Source: an uncultured Christensenella sp.
GTDB lineage: Bacteria; Bacillota; Clostridia; Christensenellales; UBA3700
Assembly (NCBI GenBank): GCA_910584975.1
Contig: CAJUEA010000003.1
Span: 34,236-98,235 of the forward strand
Length of the DNA: 64,000 nucleotides
Direction of reading: 5' to 3'
Part shown: positions 40,922 to 50,269 of the stretch, piece after piece
How positions within the stretch are numbered: position 1 is the stretch's first letter
How the letters are laid out: each line of letters starts with the position of its first letter
The notes under the pieces: generated by a model
The model's input: the letters and a program-made list of their open reading frames with translations, nothing else
The model's database searches: none
What the model was told of the DNA's origin: nothing
Made by a program: the position numbers and the translations under genes

Positions 40922-42136
40922 ATGCTTCAAAAATCGGTACTAAAAAGTAAAAAATACATATTCATAGCAATGCTTGCTGTATTGATTTTGCTTGCACTGG
41001 CATCAATGTTTTTTGCTGAAAATATTTCTGCAACCACAGCTGCCGAGGAGGAAATTCAAAAAGAACTGGAGGATAATGTAAACAAAAATCTTGAGGATAT
41101 TGATTTTTCTGAGCTTGTCCAGTTTGAAAAAAATTTGGGTGGGATGTCTTACGAAGGTGGCATAACAAAACTTATAAAGGATATTTTGTCAGGGGAATAC
41201 AATGGTGGTTTTGAGGACACCTTCAATTTGATAATAAATATGCTTGGTGTGTCAATAAAAGGCTTTTTGCCTTTGCTTGTAACTTTGATTGCAGTAAGTG
41301 TAATTTTTAGCATTGTAAATGGTTTAACATCTGGCTTTATGTCAAAGTCCACAACAGAAATAATTCATTTTGTGTGCTATTCTGCAATGATTGTAATTCT
41401 TATGACAGAGGTTACTTTTTTGATTTCAGACAGCGTAAAAGCAATAAAAAATATGTCTGCTTTTATGGAAATCATTTTTCCAATAATGCTCACTTTGGTA
41501 ACTGCGCTTGGAGGGATTGCAACAACAGTAACTTACAGCCCTATGATGACAGTCTTATCTGTTGGTGTGGCAAAAATTATCAGTAGCATTGTTTTACCAT
41601 GTTTTATTGCAACAATGGCACTTTCGATAGTTGGTTTTATCTCAAAAGATATCAAGCTTAACAAATTGACAAGTTTTTTTAAGTCTGCAGGCGAAATTAT
41701 TATTGGTGTTGTTTTTGGATTGTTTACAACTTTTGTTACCATAAATGGAATAAGTGGAGCACTTGCAGATAACATTTCTATCAAATCAGCAAAATTTGCA
41801 ATAGCAAGCTATGTGCCAGTTTTGGGTGGTTATTTGAGCGAAGGCTTGGATCTTGCCGTGGCAAGTGTAATGCTTGTTAAAAATGCTGTAGGAGTGGGTG
41901 GTGTAATTATGATGATGTCAATAGTGCTTGCACCCGTTTTAAAAATTCTTGTTTTTTCGCTTGGTTTGAAGTTGGTAGCAGGAATCATTGAGCCAATTGG
42001 AAACAAACGAATGAGCGAAATTATTTATTCAATAAGTAAAAATCTAACTTTGTTGGTAGTGGCAATGCTTGGTATGGCTTTTATGTTTTTTATTATGATG
42101 ATTTTGATTTTGATAACTTGCAATGCAGGAATTTAA
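40922..42136 (+). CDS. spoIIIAE: Stage III sporulation protein AE
   Basis: 404 aa. Signal/TM segment, then a polytopic permease-like body. Position in the operon. Confidence 0.85.
   Translation: MLQKSVLKSKKYIFIAMLAVLILLALASMFFAENISATTAAEEEIQKELEDNVNKNLEDIDFSELVQFEKNLGGMSYEGGITKLIKDILSGEYNGGFEDTFNLIINMLGVSIKGFLPLLVTLIAVSVIFSIVNGLTSGFMSKSTTEIIHFVCYSAMIVILMTEVTFLISDSVKAIKNMSAFMEIIFPIMLTLVTALGGIATTVTYSPMMTVLSVGVAKIISSIVLPCFIATMALSIVGFISKDIKLNKLTSFFKSAGEIIIGVVFGLFTTFVTINGISGALADNISIKSAKFAIASYVPVLGGYLSEGLDLAVASVMLVKNAVGVGGVIMMMSIVLAPVLKILVFSLGLKLVAGIIEPIGNKRMSEIIYSISKNLTLLVVAMLGMAFMFFIMMILILITCNAGI
40927..40945 (+). repeat. TCAAAAATCGGTACTAAAA motif copy
   Basis: Exact 19-mer lying over codons 2-8 of the annotated spoIIIAE start. 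Confidence 0.8.
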
Positions 42137-42163
42137 TTTGCAATAAAGTTGAATGGGGGTGTT

Positions 42164-42613
42164 ATGAATGCATGGTTGCTTTCAATAGTCGGTGTGGTGT
42201 CACTTGGAGTATTGCTTGAAATTTTGCTGGCTGATGGCGAAACATCAAAATATATCAAAGGAGTGTTTGCTTTGGCAGTTGTGCTTATTTTGGTTGCACC
42301 TCTACCTAAGTTTTTGAATAAGGATTTTGATTTAAATGATTTTTTTGGAAAAGAAATGCAAACACAAACAACTTTTTTGAATAGTGTAAACGAAAGGAAA
42401 AATCAAGAGAGAGAAAACAGAATTCTAACCGAATTGAAAAAATCTGAAATTGATGTGCAAAAAGTAAGAATATTTTATTTAAGAGGCGATACTGATAATA
42501 TTGATGTTGTTAAAGTTTATGTGAAAGGAGATTTTGAAAAAGATAAAATTTACAAAGTTGTAGGGGATAACCTTGCTTGCAAACAGGATAAAATTAAAAT
42601 TTATAACGGATAA
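42164..42613 (+). CDS. spoIIIAF: Stage III sporulation protein AF
   Basis: ATG at 42164 after ggggg. Two N-terminal TM plus a soluble domain. Confidence 0.75.
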   Translation: MNAWLLSIVGVVSLGVLLEILLADGETSKYIKGVFALAVVLILVAPLPKFLNKDFDLNDFFGKEMQTQTTFLNSVNERKNQERENRILTELKKSEIDVQKVRIFYLRGDTDNIDVVKVYVKGDFEKDKIYKVVGDNLACKQDKIKIYNG

Positions 42614-42677
42614 AAATATTATAATAAAAAATATAACATTAATTTGAAAATGCATTTTTTCATAAGGAAGGTGGAAT

Positions 42678-43217
42678 GTGGAAAATAAAAATATCATTGA
42701 CAAACGCGGGAAAAAGACAGAAAAAATTGATAAAATTTTGAGAAATAAAAAATTTCAAATAATTTTTGCAGCAGTTGTTCTATTTGTTGTTGTCATTGCA
42801 TATGTTAGTTATGTAAATGTGAAGGACAAGGACAAGCAAGTAACTTTGAGTGACGGCAAAGAACTTACTTCGCAGATTCAGGATGTTTTAGGAAAAATAA
42901 AGGGGGTAGGTGATGTAAAAGTTTTGATTGTTTATGATGGTGGTGAGCAACTTGAGATTGCCTCAAAGGTTGACAAGCGTACAGACAGAGTTGAGGACGA
43001 AGGAAGAGTAACTGAAATAATAGAGGAAACTACAACACCAATCCTTACAAATGGAAATGAACCATTGGTGATTGGGACAAAGCGTGCCAAAATTGACGGA
43101 GTTGTGGTGGTTGCAAAAGGTGGGGATAACCCAAAGGTGAAGGTGGCAATTATGCAGGCACTTTCAACCTTATTAAAAATTGAATATAATTGCATAAATG
43201 TGTTTGGTATGGAATAA
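42678..43217 (+). CDS. spoIIIAG: Stage III sporulation protein AG
   Basis: 179 aa. One TM, then the ring-building domain GVGDVKVLIVYDGG...IDGVVVVAKGGDNPKVK. Confidence 0.85.
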   Translation: MENKNIIDKRGKKTEKIDKILRNKKFQIIFAAVVLFVVVIAYVSYVNVKDKDKQVTLSDGKELTSQIQDVLGKIKGVGDVKVLIVYDGGEQLEIASKVDKRTDRVEDEGRVTEIIEETTTPILTNGNEPLVIGTKRAKIDGVVVVAKGGDNPKVKVAIMQALSTLLKIEYNCINVFGME

Positions 43218-43243
43218 AATATATTAGAAAATCGGAGGTCGTT

Positions 43244-43741
43244 ATGAATATTAAATTGACAGAAAACAAAAAGAAAATTCTTGTATTGAGTTGTATGGTA
43301 GTTTTGCTTGTGGTTGCAGGCACTTTGAGCATTGTGCTTAATCTAAATGCAGGAAAGGCCAATGAGGGTAGCAATATGGATGGAACTCAAAGCACTTTCT
43401 TCAGCGAATTGCAAAGCAATAAAGAGCTAAGAAAAAATGAGCAAATCGCACTTTTGGATGCAATTATCAACAATGATAATTCAACTAAGGAAGCAATTGC
43501 AAATGCTGAAAAAGAGAAACTTGCTATCGTAACAAATATCAAAACTGAAATGGCACTTGAATCAATGATTAAAGCAAAAGGCTTTGATAATGTTGCAGTT
43601 ATGATTGGCAACGAAAAAATCAATGTGTTTGTGGATAAGGCAGAGTTGCTTGATGAGGAAAATGCAGCAATTTGTGCTTTGATTATGGAGCAAACCAACT
43701 TTACAATAGCAGATATCATTATCAATCCAACAAAAATGTAA
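43244..43741 (+). CDS. spoIIIAH: Stage III sporulation protein AH
   Basis: ATG at 43244 after SD ggaggt. 165 aa. N-terminal TM plus a YscJ/FliF-like domain. Last gene of the operon. Confidence 0.8.
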   Translation: MNIKLTENKKKILVLSCMVVLLVVAGTLSIVLNLNAGKANEGSNMDGTQSTFFSELQSNKELRKNEQIALLDAIINNDNSTKEAIANAEKEKLAIVTNIKTEMALESMIKAKGFDNVAVMIGNEKINVFVDKAELLDEENAAICALIMEQTNFTIADIIINPTKM

Positions 43742-43765
43742 TCAAATCACATAAAAATAAATTAT

Positions 43766-43800
43766 AAAAATGTGGTGCAAAATGTGCCACATTTTTTGTT
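43766..43800 (+). terminator. Rho-independent terminator after spoIIIAH
   Basis: aaaaatgtgg (43766-43775) pairs with ccacattttt (43787-43796), followed by a T run. Confidence 0.8.
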
Positions 43801-43977
43801 TTTATTTGCTAAAATTCATTTAAAAAATGAAATAATTATATATGGTAAATGCTATTTTGTTTTTCTTAATATAAAATGTATCAATGACAGAAAGGTAAAA
43901 TTGATTAGCGATAATTTTGAAAGGCATAATAAAATATAATTCAGCAAATTTTGTGCTAATTTGTTTTTATTTGTTGT

Positions 43978-44030
43978 CAATTTCGCCAAATACAAGCCAA
44001 TTTCGCCATTAATATAGATATTATTATATT
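43978..44030 (+). promoter_or_regulatory. Direct-repeat operator (2 x CAATTTCGCCA, 20-bp period) with a candidate -10 TATATT
   Basis: Perfect 11-mers at 43978-43988 and 43998-44008. TATATT lies at 44025-44030, 17 nt after the weak -35-like TTCGCC (44002-44007). Confidence 0.45.
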
Positions 44031-44142
44031 TTTTGATATTATGAAATCAGGAAAGTAGTTTTGCTCTTGAGCTATATCGGTGGCTCAAATTAAAGCAATG
44101 TTTGCTCCCCGTTGCAAATCATTGCTTTAAGAGGGGGTATCA

Positions 44143-46809
44143 ATGATAACATTTAAGGATGTCTACAAAGTTTATGAAAATGGTGCGATAGCTGTCAGCA
44201 ATGTGTCTTTTACTCTGCAAGATACAGGAATGGTGGTTATTGTGGGGCATAGTGGGTCGGGCAAATCGACACTGCTTAATTTGTTGTCAAACAATGATAT
44301 CCCCTCAAAGGGCGAAATCTTTTTGGATAATCAAAATTATAATGATATGGATAAATATATGCTTAACAAAAACTTTGCATATGTTTATCAAGATTTTAAA
44401 CTTATTGAAAATCTTTCTGTTTATCAAAATATTTTGCTAGCTTATGAACTTGCAAACAAGGATATTGACATTGATTTTGTTTTGCAAACAGCAGAGCATT
44501 TTGGAATTTCTGAGTTGCTGGATGAAAAAGTTTATACATTATCTGGTGGACAGCAACAAAGGGTTGCCATTGCAAGAGCAGTTGCAAGTAAAGCAAAAAT
44601 AATTGTCGCAGATGAGCCAACAGGCAATTTGGATAGCACAAACTCTGAAATTGTGTTTGAAACGCTAAAACAGCTTTCTAAGGATAATCTTGTTGTGGTT
44701 GTATCTCACGATAAACGAATCACTCATTTTGCTGACAGATTGATAAGATTGAAAAATGGCTCAATCATAGACGATTTTATGCTGGATGAAAACAAAAATA
44801 ATGTTGAGGAAATTTTGCTTGATTATCAAGAAGAACAAATTGAACAAACAAGTAATGAAGAAAAAGAATCTTTGTTAAATCAACATTCTGAGAGTGATTA
44901 TATGGCAGCAAATTCTGCCGTTCAACCCATAAAAAATAAAGCTGAAAGTTGTGACGATTCAGAGAATGTTGAATTTTCAAAAAACAAAGATAAAAAAGTA
45001 AAAAAACATTCAAAAATCGACACTAAAAGTATATTTAGCTATACAAAAGGAGTAAGTAAAAAAAGGAAAAAAGACGGATTATCCATCAAATCAATCAGTG
45101 CATTGACTTTGTCCTTCGGAAATAAAAATGTCAGCAAAAAAGTGACTTTGGCTGTGGTTTCCGTGGTTATGATTATGTTGATTTTTTTGAGCTCAGCTGT
45201 CTTGTTTTCTTCCACAGAATTTTCTTTTTGCAAAAATATGAAAATCAACAAGGCTCCATTTTTCGCTTACACCACAGGAGGCAATGGATATAGTCTTAAT
45301 AAAGAGGAGTATGGCAAACTTAATGGCTATATAAAAAACAAATATGGAAAAGAATGTTATGTTTATGAGCAAACATATTTGAATAATTATGTGGGTGATA
45401 TTGTACCTGCAGGAGATGTGGTTGCACCTTCTTATGCAAAGCATATGAACTTAAATCATACGGATACTCTTTATATTGATAATCCTAGTGATTTAAATTT
45501 GAAATTTGTTGTTGGGGTGCCACCAAAGGCAAATGACAAATATCCCGAAATTGCAATTTCAAAAACTTGGTACAATTATTTTTGTGAAGTAAAGCGTTTT
45601 GACAATAGCTTTGGAGAAATTGTTGATTTTGAAAAAACTGAACTTATTGGACAATATATTGAGCCATTCAATTTTGCAATCACAGGTGTTTTTGAGGATT
45701 ATAACAACGACTACAATATGAACACGGATGACAAAGACTGGCAATTGCACCTTTATAACAGTTTAGTTTTTACAATTGTGCGTCCACAAGCAGCACTTGC
45801 AAACAACAAAGCAATTTTTTTAAATCCGCTTAGTAATTATCGATTGGTGTTTGAGGATATGCAAAGACAAACTTTTTCTTTTGCACCAAATTCAAAAGAG
45901 TTTTATGACTATTATTTTAAAGATCACAAGTTCACTCCACTTGTTGAAAATGAAGTTTTGATTGATAAGTCCTATGCAGAGAGTTATAGGTATCAATCGG
46001 GGAATAAAATTGAAGTAGGCTCACAAGTCAAATTGAAATTTATTAAGGAAAGACCGGGGATTTCAGGTGGATTATATTTGGGGGATTATGGCACAAAAAC
46101 TTTTGTGGTTAAAGACATTGTGGATAATCTTAATGCGATTGTTATCAATGAAAAAGTTTTTAATGAGTGGACAGATGGTATTTTGCCATTGTCTGAAAAT
46201 TTTGCAATAAGTAGCAAAAAAGTAACTCCACAAATGTTAAAAGATATTAGAAACTTTGCATACAATGGCATTTCTGCTGAAATTTCAAGCCTTATCAAAG
46301 ATGACTTTTATAAGGAAAATTTTTATTTGGATTTTTATATGTTCAAATGCAACAGAAATGATGAATATACCAATTCTGTTATTATGATTGTAAGAATGTG
46401 TATTGCGTTACCTTTGTTTATTCTGTCGGTTATGGTGTTTGGCATTGTTGCTTCTGTGCTGATTGCAGATATGATAAAATCAAAAAGCAATGAAATTTTG
46501 ATTCTAAAAACACTTGGTGCAAAAAGCTTGGATATATGGAAAATCTTTGGTTGTATTTTGTTGTTACTGGTAGTGTTCCAATTTGTAGTCGGCACACTGC
46601 TAGGCGTGGGAATAGTTGGTGCTCTTAATGCATTTTGGATGATAATTGGGAGCTATGATTTTTATGCCACAACATTTTTTATCACAGCACCATGCGTATT
46701 TATCGTGTTGCTTGCAATTGCTGGGATAAGTGCTTTTGGATTGTGGTTTAATGTCAAAAAGTTGAATGACGAAAATTTGCGTTGTGCTTTTCAAAATCAA
46801 AAGAAATAA
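44143..46809 (+). CDS. MacB-type fused ABC transporter (N-terminal ATPase plus FtsX permease), copy 1
   Basis: 888 aa. [38 protein letters not shown]. Then TM1, a ~400-aa extracytoplasmic domain and an FtsX domain (SNEILILKTLGAKSLDI). Confidence 0.88.
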   Translation: MITFKDVYKVYENGAIAVSNVSFTLQDTGMVVIVGHSGSGKSTLLNLLSNNDIPSKGEIFLDNQNYNDMDKYMLNKNFAYVYQDFKLIENLSVYQNILLAYELANKDIDIDFVLQTAEHFGISELLDEKVYTLSGGQQQRVAIARAVASKAKIIVADEPTGNLDSTNSEIVFETLKQLSKDNLVVVVSHDKRITHFADRLIRLKNGSIIDDFMLDENKNNVEEILLDYQEEQIEQTSNEEKESLLNQHSESDYMAANSAVQPIKNKAESCDDSENVEFSKNKDKKVKKHSKIDTKSIFSYTKGVSKKRKKDGLSIKSISALTLSFGNKNVSKKVTLAVVSVVMIMLIFLSSAVLFSSTEFSFCKNMKINKAPFFAYTTGGNGYSLNKEEYGKLNGYIKNKYGKECYVYEQTYLNNYVGDIVPAGDVVAPSYAKHMNLNHTDTLYIDNPSDLNLKFVVGVPPKANDKYPEIAISKTWYNYFCEVKRFDNSFGEIVDFEKTELIGQYIEPFNFAITGVFEDYNNDYNMNTDDKDWQLHLYNSLVFTIVRPQAALANNKAIFLNPLSNYRLVFEDMQRQTFSFAPNSKEFYDYYFKDHKFTPLVENEVLIDKSYAESYRYQSGNKIEVGSQVKLKFIKERPGISGGLYLGDYGTKTFVVKDIVDNLNAIVINEKVFNEWTDGILPLSENFAISSKKVTPQMLKDIRNFAYNGISAEISSLIKDDFYKENFYLDFYMFKCNRNDEYTNSVIMIVRMCIALPLFILSVMVFGIVASVLIADMIKSKSNEILILKTLGAKSLDIWKIFGCILLLLVVFQFVVGTLLGVGIVGALNAFWMIIGSYDFYATTFFITAPCVFIVLLAIAGISAFGLWFNVKKLNDENLRCAFQNQKK
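45009..45027 (+). repeat. Motif copy TCAAAAATCGACACTAAAA
   Basis: Matches the consensus at 17 of 19 positions. Lies in the ATPase-permease linker region of the fused ABC gene. Confidence 0.7.
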
Positions 46810-46824
46810 CAGAGGGGGGTTATT

Positions 46825-49434
46825 ATGATAAAATTGCAAAATGTAAGCAAAACTTACGAAAACGGAACTTTGGCAGTTGACGATGTGAATTTTGAATTGC
46901 CGGAAAAAGGTATGGTCGCCATTGTTGGAACAAGTGGTTGTGGCAAATCAACTATTCTCAATTTAATGTCGCACAATGACATTGTATCTTCAGGCGAAAT
47001 TTTATATAATGACAAAAATGCAAATGAGTTTGATGGGGGTTCTTTGGCTAATGATTTTGCATATGTTTATCAAGATTTCAAACTAATTGACAACTTGACT
47101 GCTTATCAAAACATCATGATTGGCAGTGAGCTTGCAGAAAATGGTGCAGACTACGAATTTGTTTTGGAGATTGCAAAAAACTTAGGCATAGTGGATAATC
47201 TTGATGAAAAAGTTTATGCATTATCTGGTGGCGAGCAACAAAGGGTTGCCATTGCAAGAGCGATTGCAAGAAAGCCTAAAGTGATTTTTGCTGACGAGCC
47301 GACTGGCAATTTGGACGAGGAAAATAGCATTAATGTTTGCAACATTTTGAGAAAACTTGCAAATGATATTTTGGTTGTGGTTGTATCACACGAGCAAGAA
47401 ATTGCTGACTGGGCAGACAGGGTAATAACAATGCTTGACGGAAAAATTTTGTCGGATGAGGCAGGAAAGGCAATGCCTGAAAAGCAACTGGAAAGGGATG
47501 AAAATAGTTTGTCGGATAGCGAAGTTGCAGAGCTTATAAGGCAAAAAAATCAAAAAGGGGAAAAGACAGGTGAGTTTTTCTCTTTCAAAAACAAGCCGAA
47601 AACAGCAAAGAAGAAAAAAGGACTTTCAGCAAAATCTTCAGTTGGGTTAAGTCTTGCATTGCTCAACAAAGATATTGCAAAAAAAGTTTGCCTAACCATA
47701 GTTATGATTATTTTGATATCAGTCATGGTACTTTCTGTTTCAATGTCTTTTGCCACATCTGAAAAAACTTTGGCAAACGCAATCAATAATTTGAATGGCG
47801 ATAAAAAGTTGTTTGAAGTTGATTATGTTGTTGGCAAAGATGATTATAAAATGGATGACCACAATTTAAGTCAAATTGATGGTATTCTTGAAAGAAATAA
47901 CCTCGACTTTTATGAAATTGGCACTGGCGAAGTGATTGCAAATGGTTGGGGAAATTTGCAGACCAACAATGCAAATTTGTCAGCATATTTTGTGGATATG
48001 GAGCTGAAAAATCAAGAAAGAGCATTGTTTGTTGATGACCCAAAAAGTTTGGGGATAGAAATTTTAATCGGAAGGACAGCAACTAAAAATAATGAAATTG
48101 TGATTTCAAAAACATACTATGATTATTTGCTGCATTGCAAAAATTTTTATGTGGAAATCAACGAAATTGAGTATGAGTTAAGTTTTGATGAAAGCAATAT
48201 TTTGGATTCAGTAATAAGTCCGTTTGGCGTGAAAATTTGTGGCGTTTTTGATGACAGAAATAATGTGGATAATAGTTTGAAAGATAAACAATGGGATAAA
48301 TTGTCTGTAGCAGAACAAACGGAAATAAAAACAATAGTAAATCTTGAGCATCGCACAAATCCACTTATCAATCTTGTTATCAAATGCAAATCTGCTCAAC
48401 AAGATTGGAAACAATTTGCAGGTGTTAACTCCGATTTGAAAATTGCCGTTGAGGATTGCTTTGGCTATCAAAATGCCGAATATTATTTTGAGTATATGCC
48501 ATACAGCGATTGCACAAAAAGATATTTCAATTTTGACTTGGGCATAAATCCAAAGGATTTGGAGCAAAACAGCATCATTGTGGATAAAAATACTTTGGCA
48601 AAGTTGAATGAGTATTTGATTAGCAATCATTTTGACGAAGTTTTTGAAGGTGACAAAATCTCTTTGTCAGTGGTTGGCATGACAAAACTTGAACCTATGG
48701 GATATTATTATCCTAATAAAGTGTACAAAATTCAAGAATTTACCATTGCAAAAGTATTGGATGATATGGGCACAGCAAATGGCAAAATTTTGTTTAGTGA
48801 AAGAGTTTTTGACAAACTTACTGGCTATGGCAAACTTTCCACTGAGCGAATGATTTGTGCTGATAAGGTCACTGCAAAGCAACTTACAGCTTTAAATAAA
48901 GATTACAAAAGGCATTTTGAGTTAAAGTTTCAAGCTTGGTCAGATAGCTATTTGTCTTATTCAATAGCAGGTTGCCCTATGACAAGAGTATCCGATTATG
49001 ATTTTATTGGAATTTGCCAAAAATATGTGAGCATTCCACTTATGATTGTGGCAATTTTACTGACTGTTGCAATGATAGTGTTGTTCTATTTTGATTTTGT
49101 AAAAACAAAAGCAAACGAACTTTTGATTTTAAAATCTTTGGGTGCAAAAACAAAAGACTTTTTGGGGATATACGGAATTTTCAGCCTTGCACTCATTATT
49201 GTTCAGTTGATATTTGGCTTGGCGTTTGGCAGTCTTTTGATTTATATTGTCAACATTTTGGCATCAAATATAAGTGGTTATATGTCTGTATTTTCAGTGT
49301 TCTATCTTGATGCAGCTGCTTGGATTTTCAGCATTTGTGCAATAGCAGTTATAAATGTAATCAGCCTTGCAATAAGTATGGCTGGAATAAACAACAAAAA
49401 TCTTCGCAAATCCTTCCAAAAACTAAAAAAATAA
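46825..49434 (+). CDS. MacB-type fused ABC transporter, copy 2 (paralog)
   Basis: 869 aa. [38 protein letters not shown]. FtsX domain ([17 protein letters not shown]). Confidence 0.88.
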   Translation: MIKLQNVSKTYENGTLAVDDVNFELPEKGMVAIVGTSGCGKSTILNLMSHNDIVSSGEILYNDKNANEFDGGSLANDFAYVYQDFKLIDNLTAYQNIMIGSELAENGADYEFVLEIAKNLGIVDNLDEKVYALSGGEQQRVAIARAIARKPKVIFADEPTGNLDEENSINVCNILRKLANDILVVVVSHEQEIADWADRVITMLDGKILSDEAGKAMPEKQLERDENSLSDSEVAELIRQKNQKGEKTGEFFSFKNKPKTAKKKKGLSAKSSVGLSLALLNKDIAKKVCLTIVMIILISVMVLSVSMSFATSEKTLANAINNLNGDKKLFEVDYVVGKDDYKMDDHNLSQIDGILERNNLDFYEIGTGEVIANGWGNLQTNNANLSAYFVDMELKNQERALFVDDPKSLGIEILIGRTATKNNEIVISKTYYDYLLHCKNFYVEINEIEYELSFDESNILDSVISPFGVKICGVFDDRNNVDNSLKDKQWDKLSVAEQTEIKTIVNLEHRTNPLINLVIKCKSAQQDWKQFAGVNSDLKIAVEDCFGYQNAEYYFEYMPYSDCTKRYFNFDLGINPKDLEQNSIIVDKNTLAKLNEYLISNHFDEVFEGDKISLSVVGMTKLEPMGYYYPNKVYKIQEFTIAKVLDDMGTANGKILFSERVFDKLTGYGKLSTERMICADKVTAKQLTALNKDYKRHFELKFQAWSDSYLSYSIAGCPMTRVSDYDFIGICQKYVSIPLMIVAILLTVAMIVLFYFDFVKTKANELLILKSLGAKTKDFLGIYGIFSLALIIVQLIFGLAFGSLLIYIVNILASNISGYMSVFSVFYLDAAAWIFSICAIAVINVISLAISMAGINNKNLRKSFQKLKK

Positions 49435-49456
49435 TCAATTTTTTTCAATTTTAATA

Positions 49457-49485
49457 TTGACATTATCTTAAATTTAGAATATACT
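49457..49485 (+). promoter_or_regulatory. Sigma-A type promoter
   Basis: TTGACA (49457-49462), 17-nt spacer, TATACT (49480-49485). Confidence 0.6.
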
Positions 49486-49566
49486 ATAAGTATACAAAGT
49501 GTTTCTTTTAAGATATTTATTAAAAATTGTTTTTATATCAAAATTATTATTGAAATTATTTAGAGT

Positions 49567-49604
49567 AGATAGACTTCAAAAGCATAGACTTTTGAAGTCT
49601 ATCT
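49567..49604 (+). other. 16-bp perfect hairpin in the leader of the lipoprotein gene
   Basis: agatagacttcaaaag (49567-49582), loop cataga, cttttgaagtctatct (49589-49604), followed by ttttaaaaa. Confidence 0.7.
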
Positions 49605-49739
49605 TTTAAAAATGGGGGTGACAAAATTTTAGTTTGTGGGAAAATAGTCAATGTCTTTTGACATCTTGAAATTGATAAAAAATTTAATTATTGATTTCAA
49701 TCGGCATATTAAATGCTGTTTAAAAATTCAGTGAGGAGT

Positions 49740-50249
49740 ATGAAAAAAAATATTAAAATTATCGTTTCAATATTGCTTTTAGTTATGCTTTTTAGCCTTG
49801 GCATTTTGTTAACTGGGTGTGATAACAATGAAGAACCAGGTTTTACAAAAGTAACTTTGCATCCAATAAATGCAATAACAGGCAATGAAATAAAACCAGG
49901 AGCAACCATTAAAATTAGTCAAAAAGATATTAAAGGCAAATATGATTGGCTAAAATTTGCTTATGAAATTGAAGGAGTAAAAAAACATGTGTCATTGGAA
50001 AATAAATATGTGAAAAATCGAGATATCAGGTATAGTGAATTGTATCATTTAACAAGTATTTATGCCGAAATTAATAATGAAAAAACAATTTTGAAACAAT
50101 GGGGAAGAGTTTCTACCCTAAGTGAAAAAGGTGTTTACAATATTAGTATTGGATTTAATGAGCGTGTAACTGATTTGGATCGAATAGTTTTTACTCCATC
50201 ATATCGATTTGACACATGTGATTTCCAATTTGTATTGGAAATAAATTAA
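49740..50249 (+). CDS. Small lipoprotein of unknown function
   Basis: ATG at 49740 after SD gaggag. 169 aa. Lipobox LLTGC (MKKNIKIIVSILLLVMLFSLGILLTGCDNN). Confidence 0.7.
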   Translation: MKKNIKIIVSILLLVMLFSLGILLTGCDNNEEPGFTKVTLHPINAITGNEIKPGATIKISQKDIKGKYDWLKFAYEIEGVKKHVSLENKYVKNRDIRYSELYHLTSIYAEINNEKTILKQWGRVSTLSEKGVYNISIGFNERVTDLDRIVFTPSYRFDTCDFQFVLEIN

Positions 50250-50269
50250 ATTATATTTTGGGGGATAAA

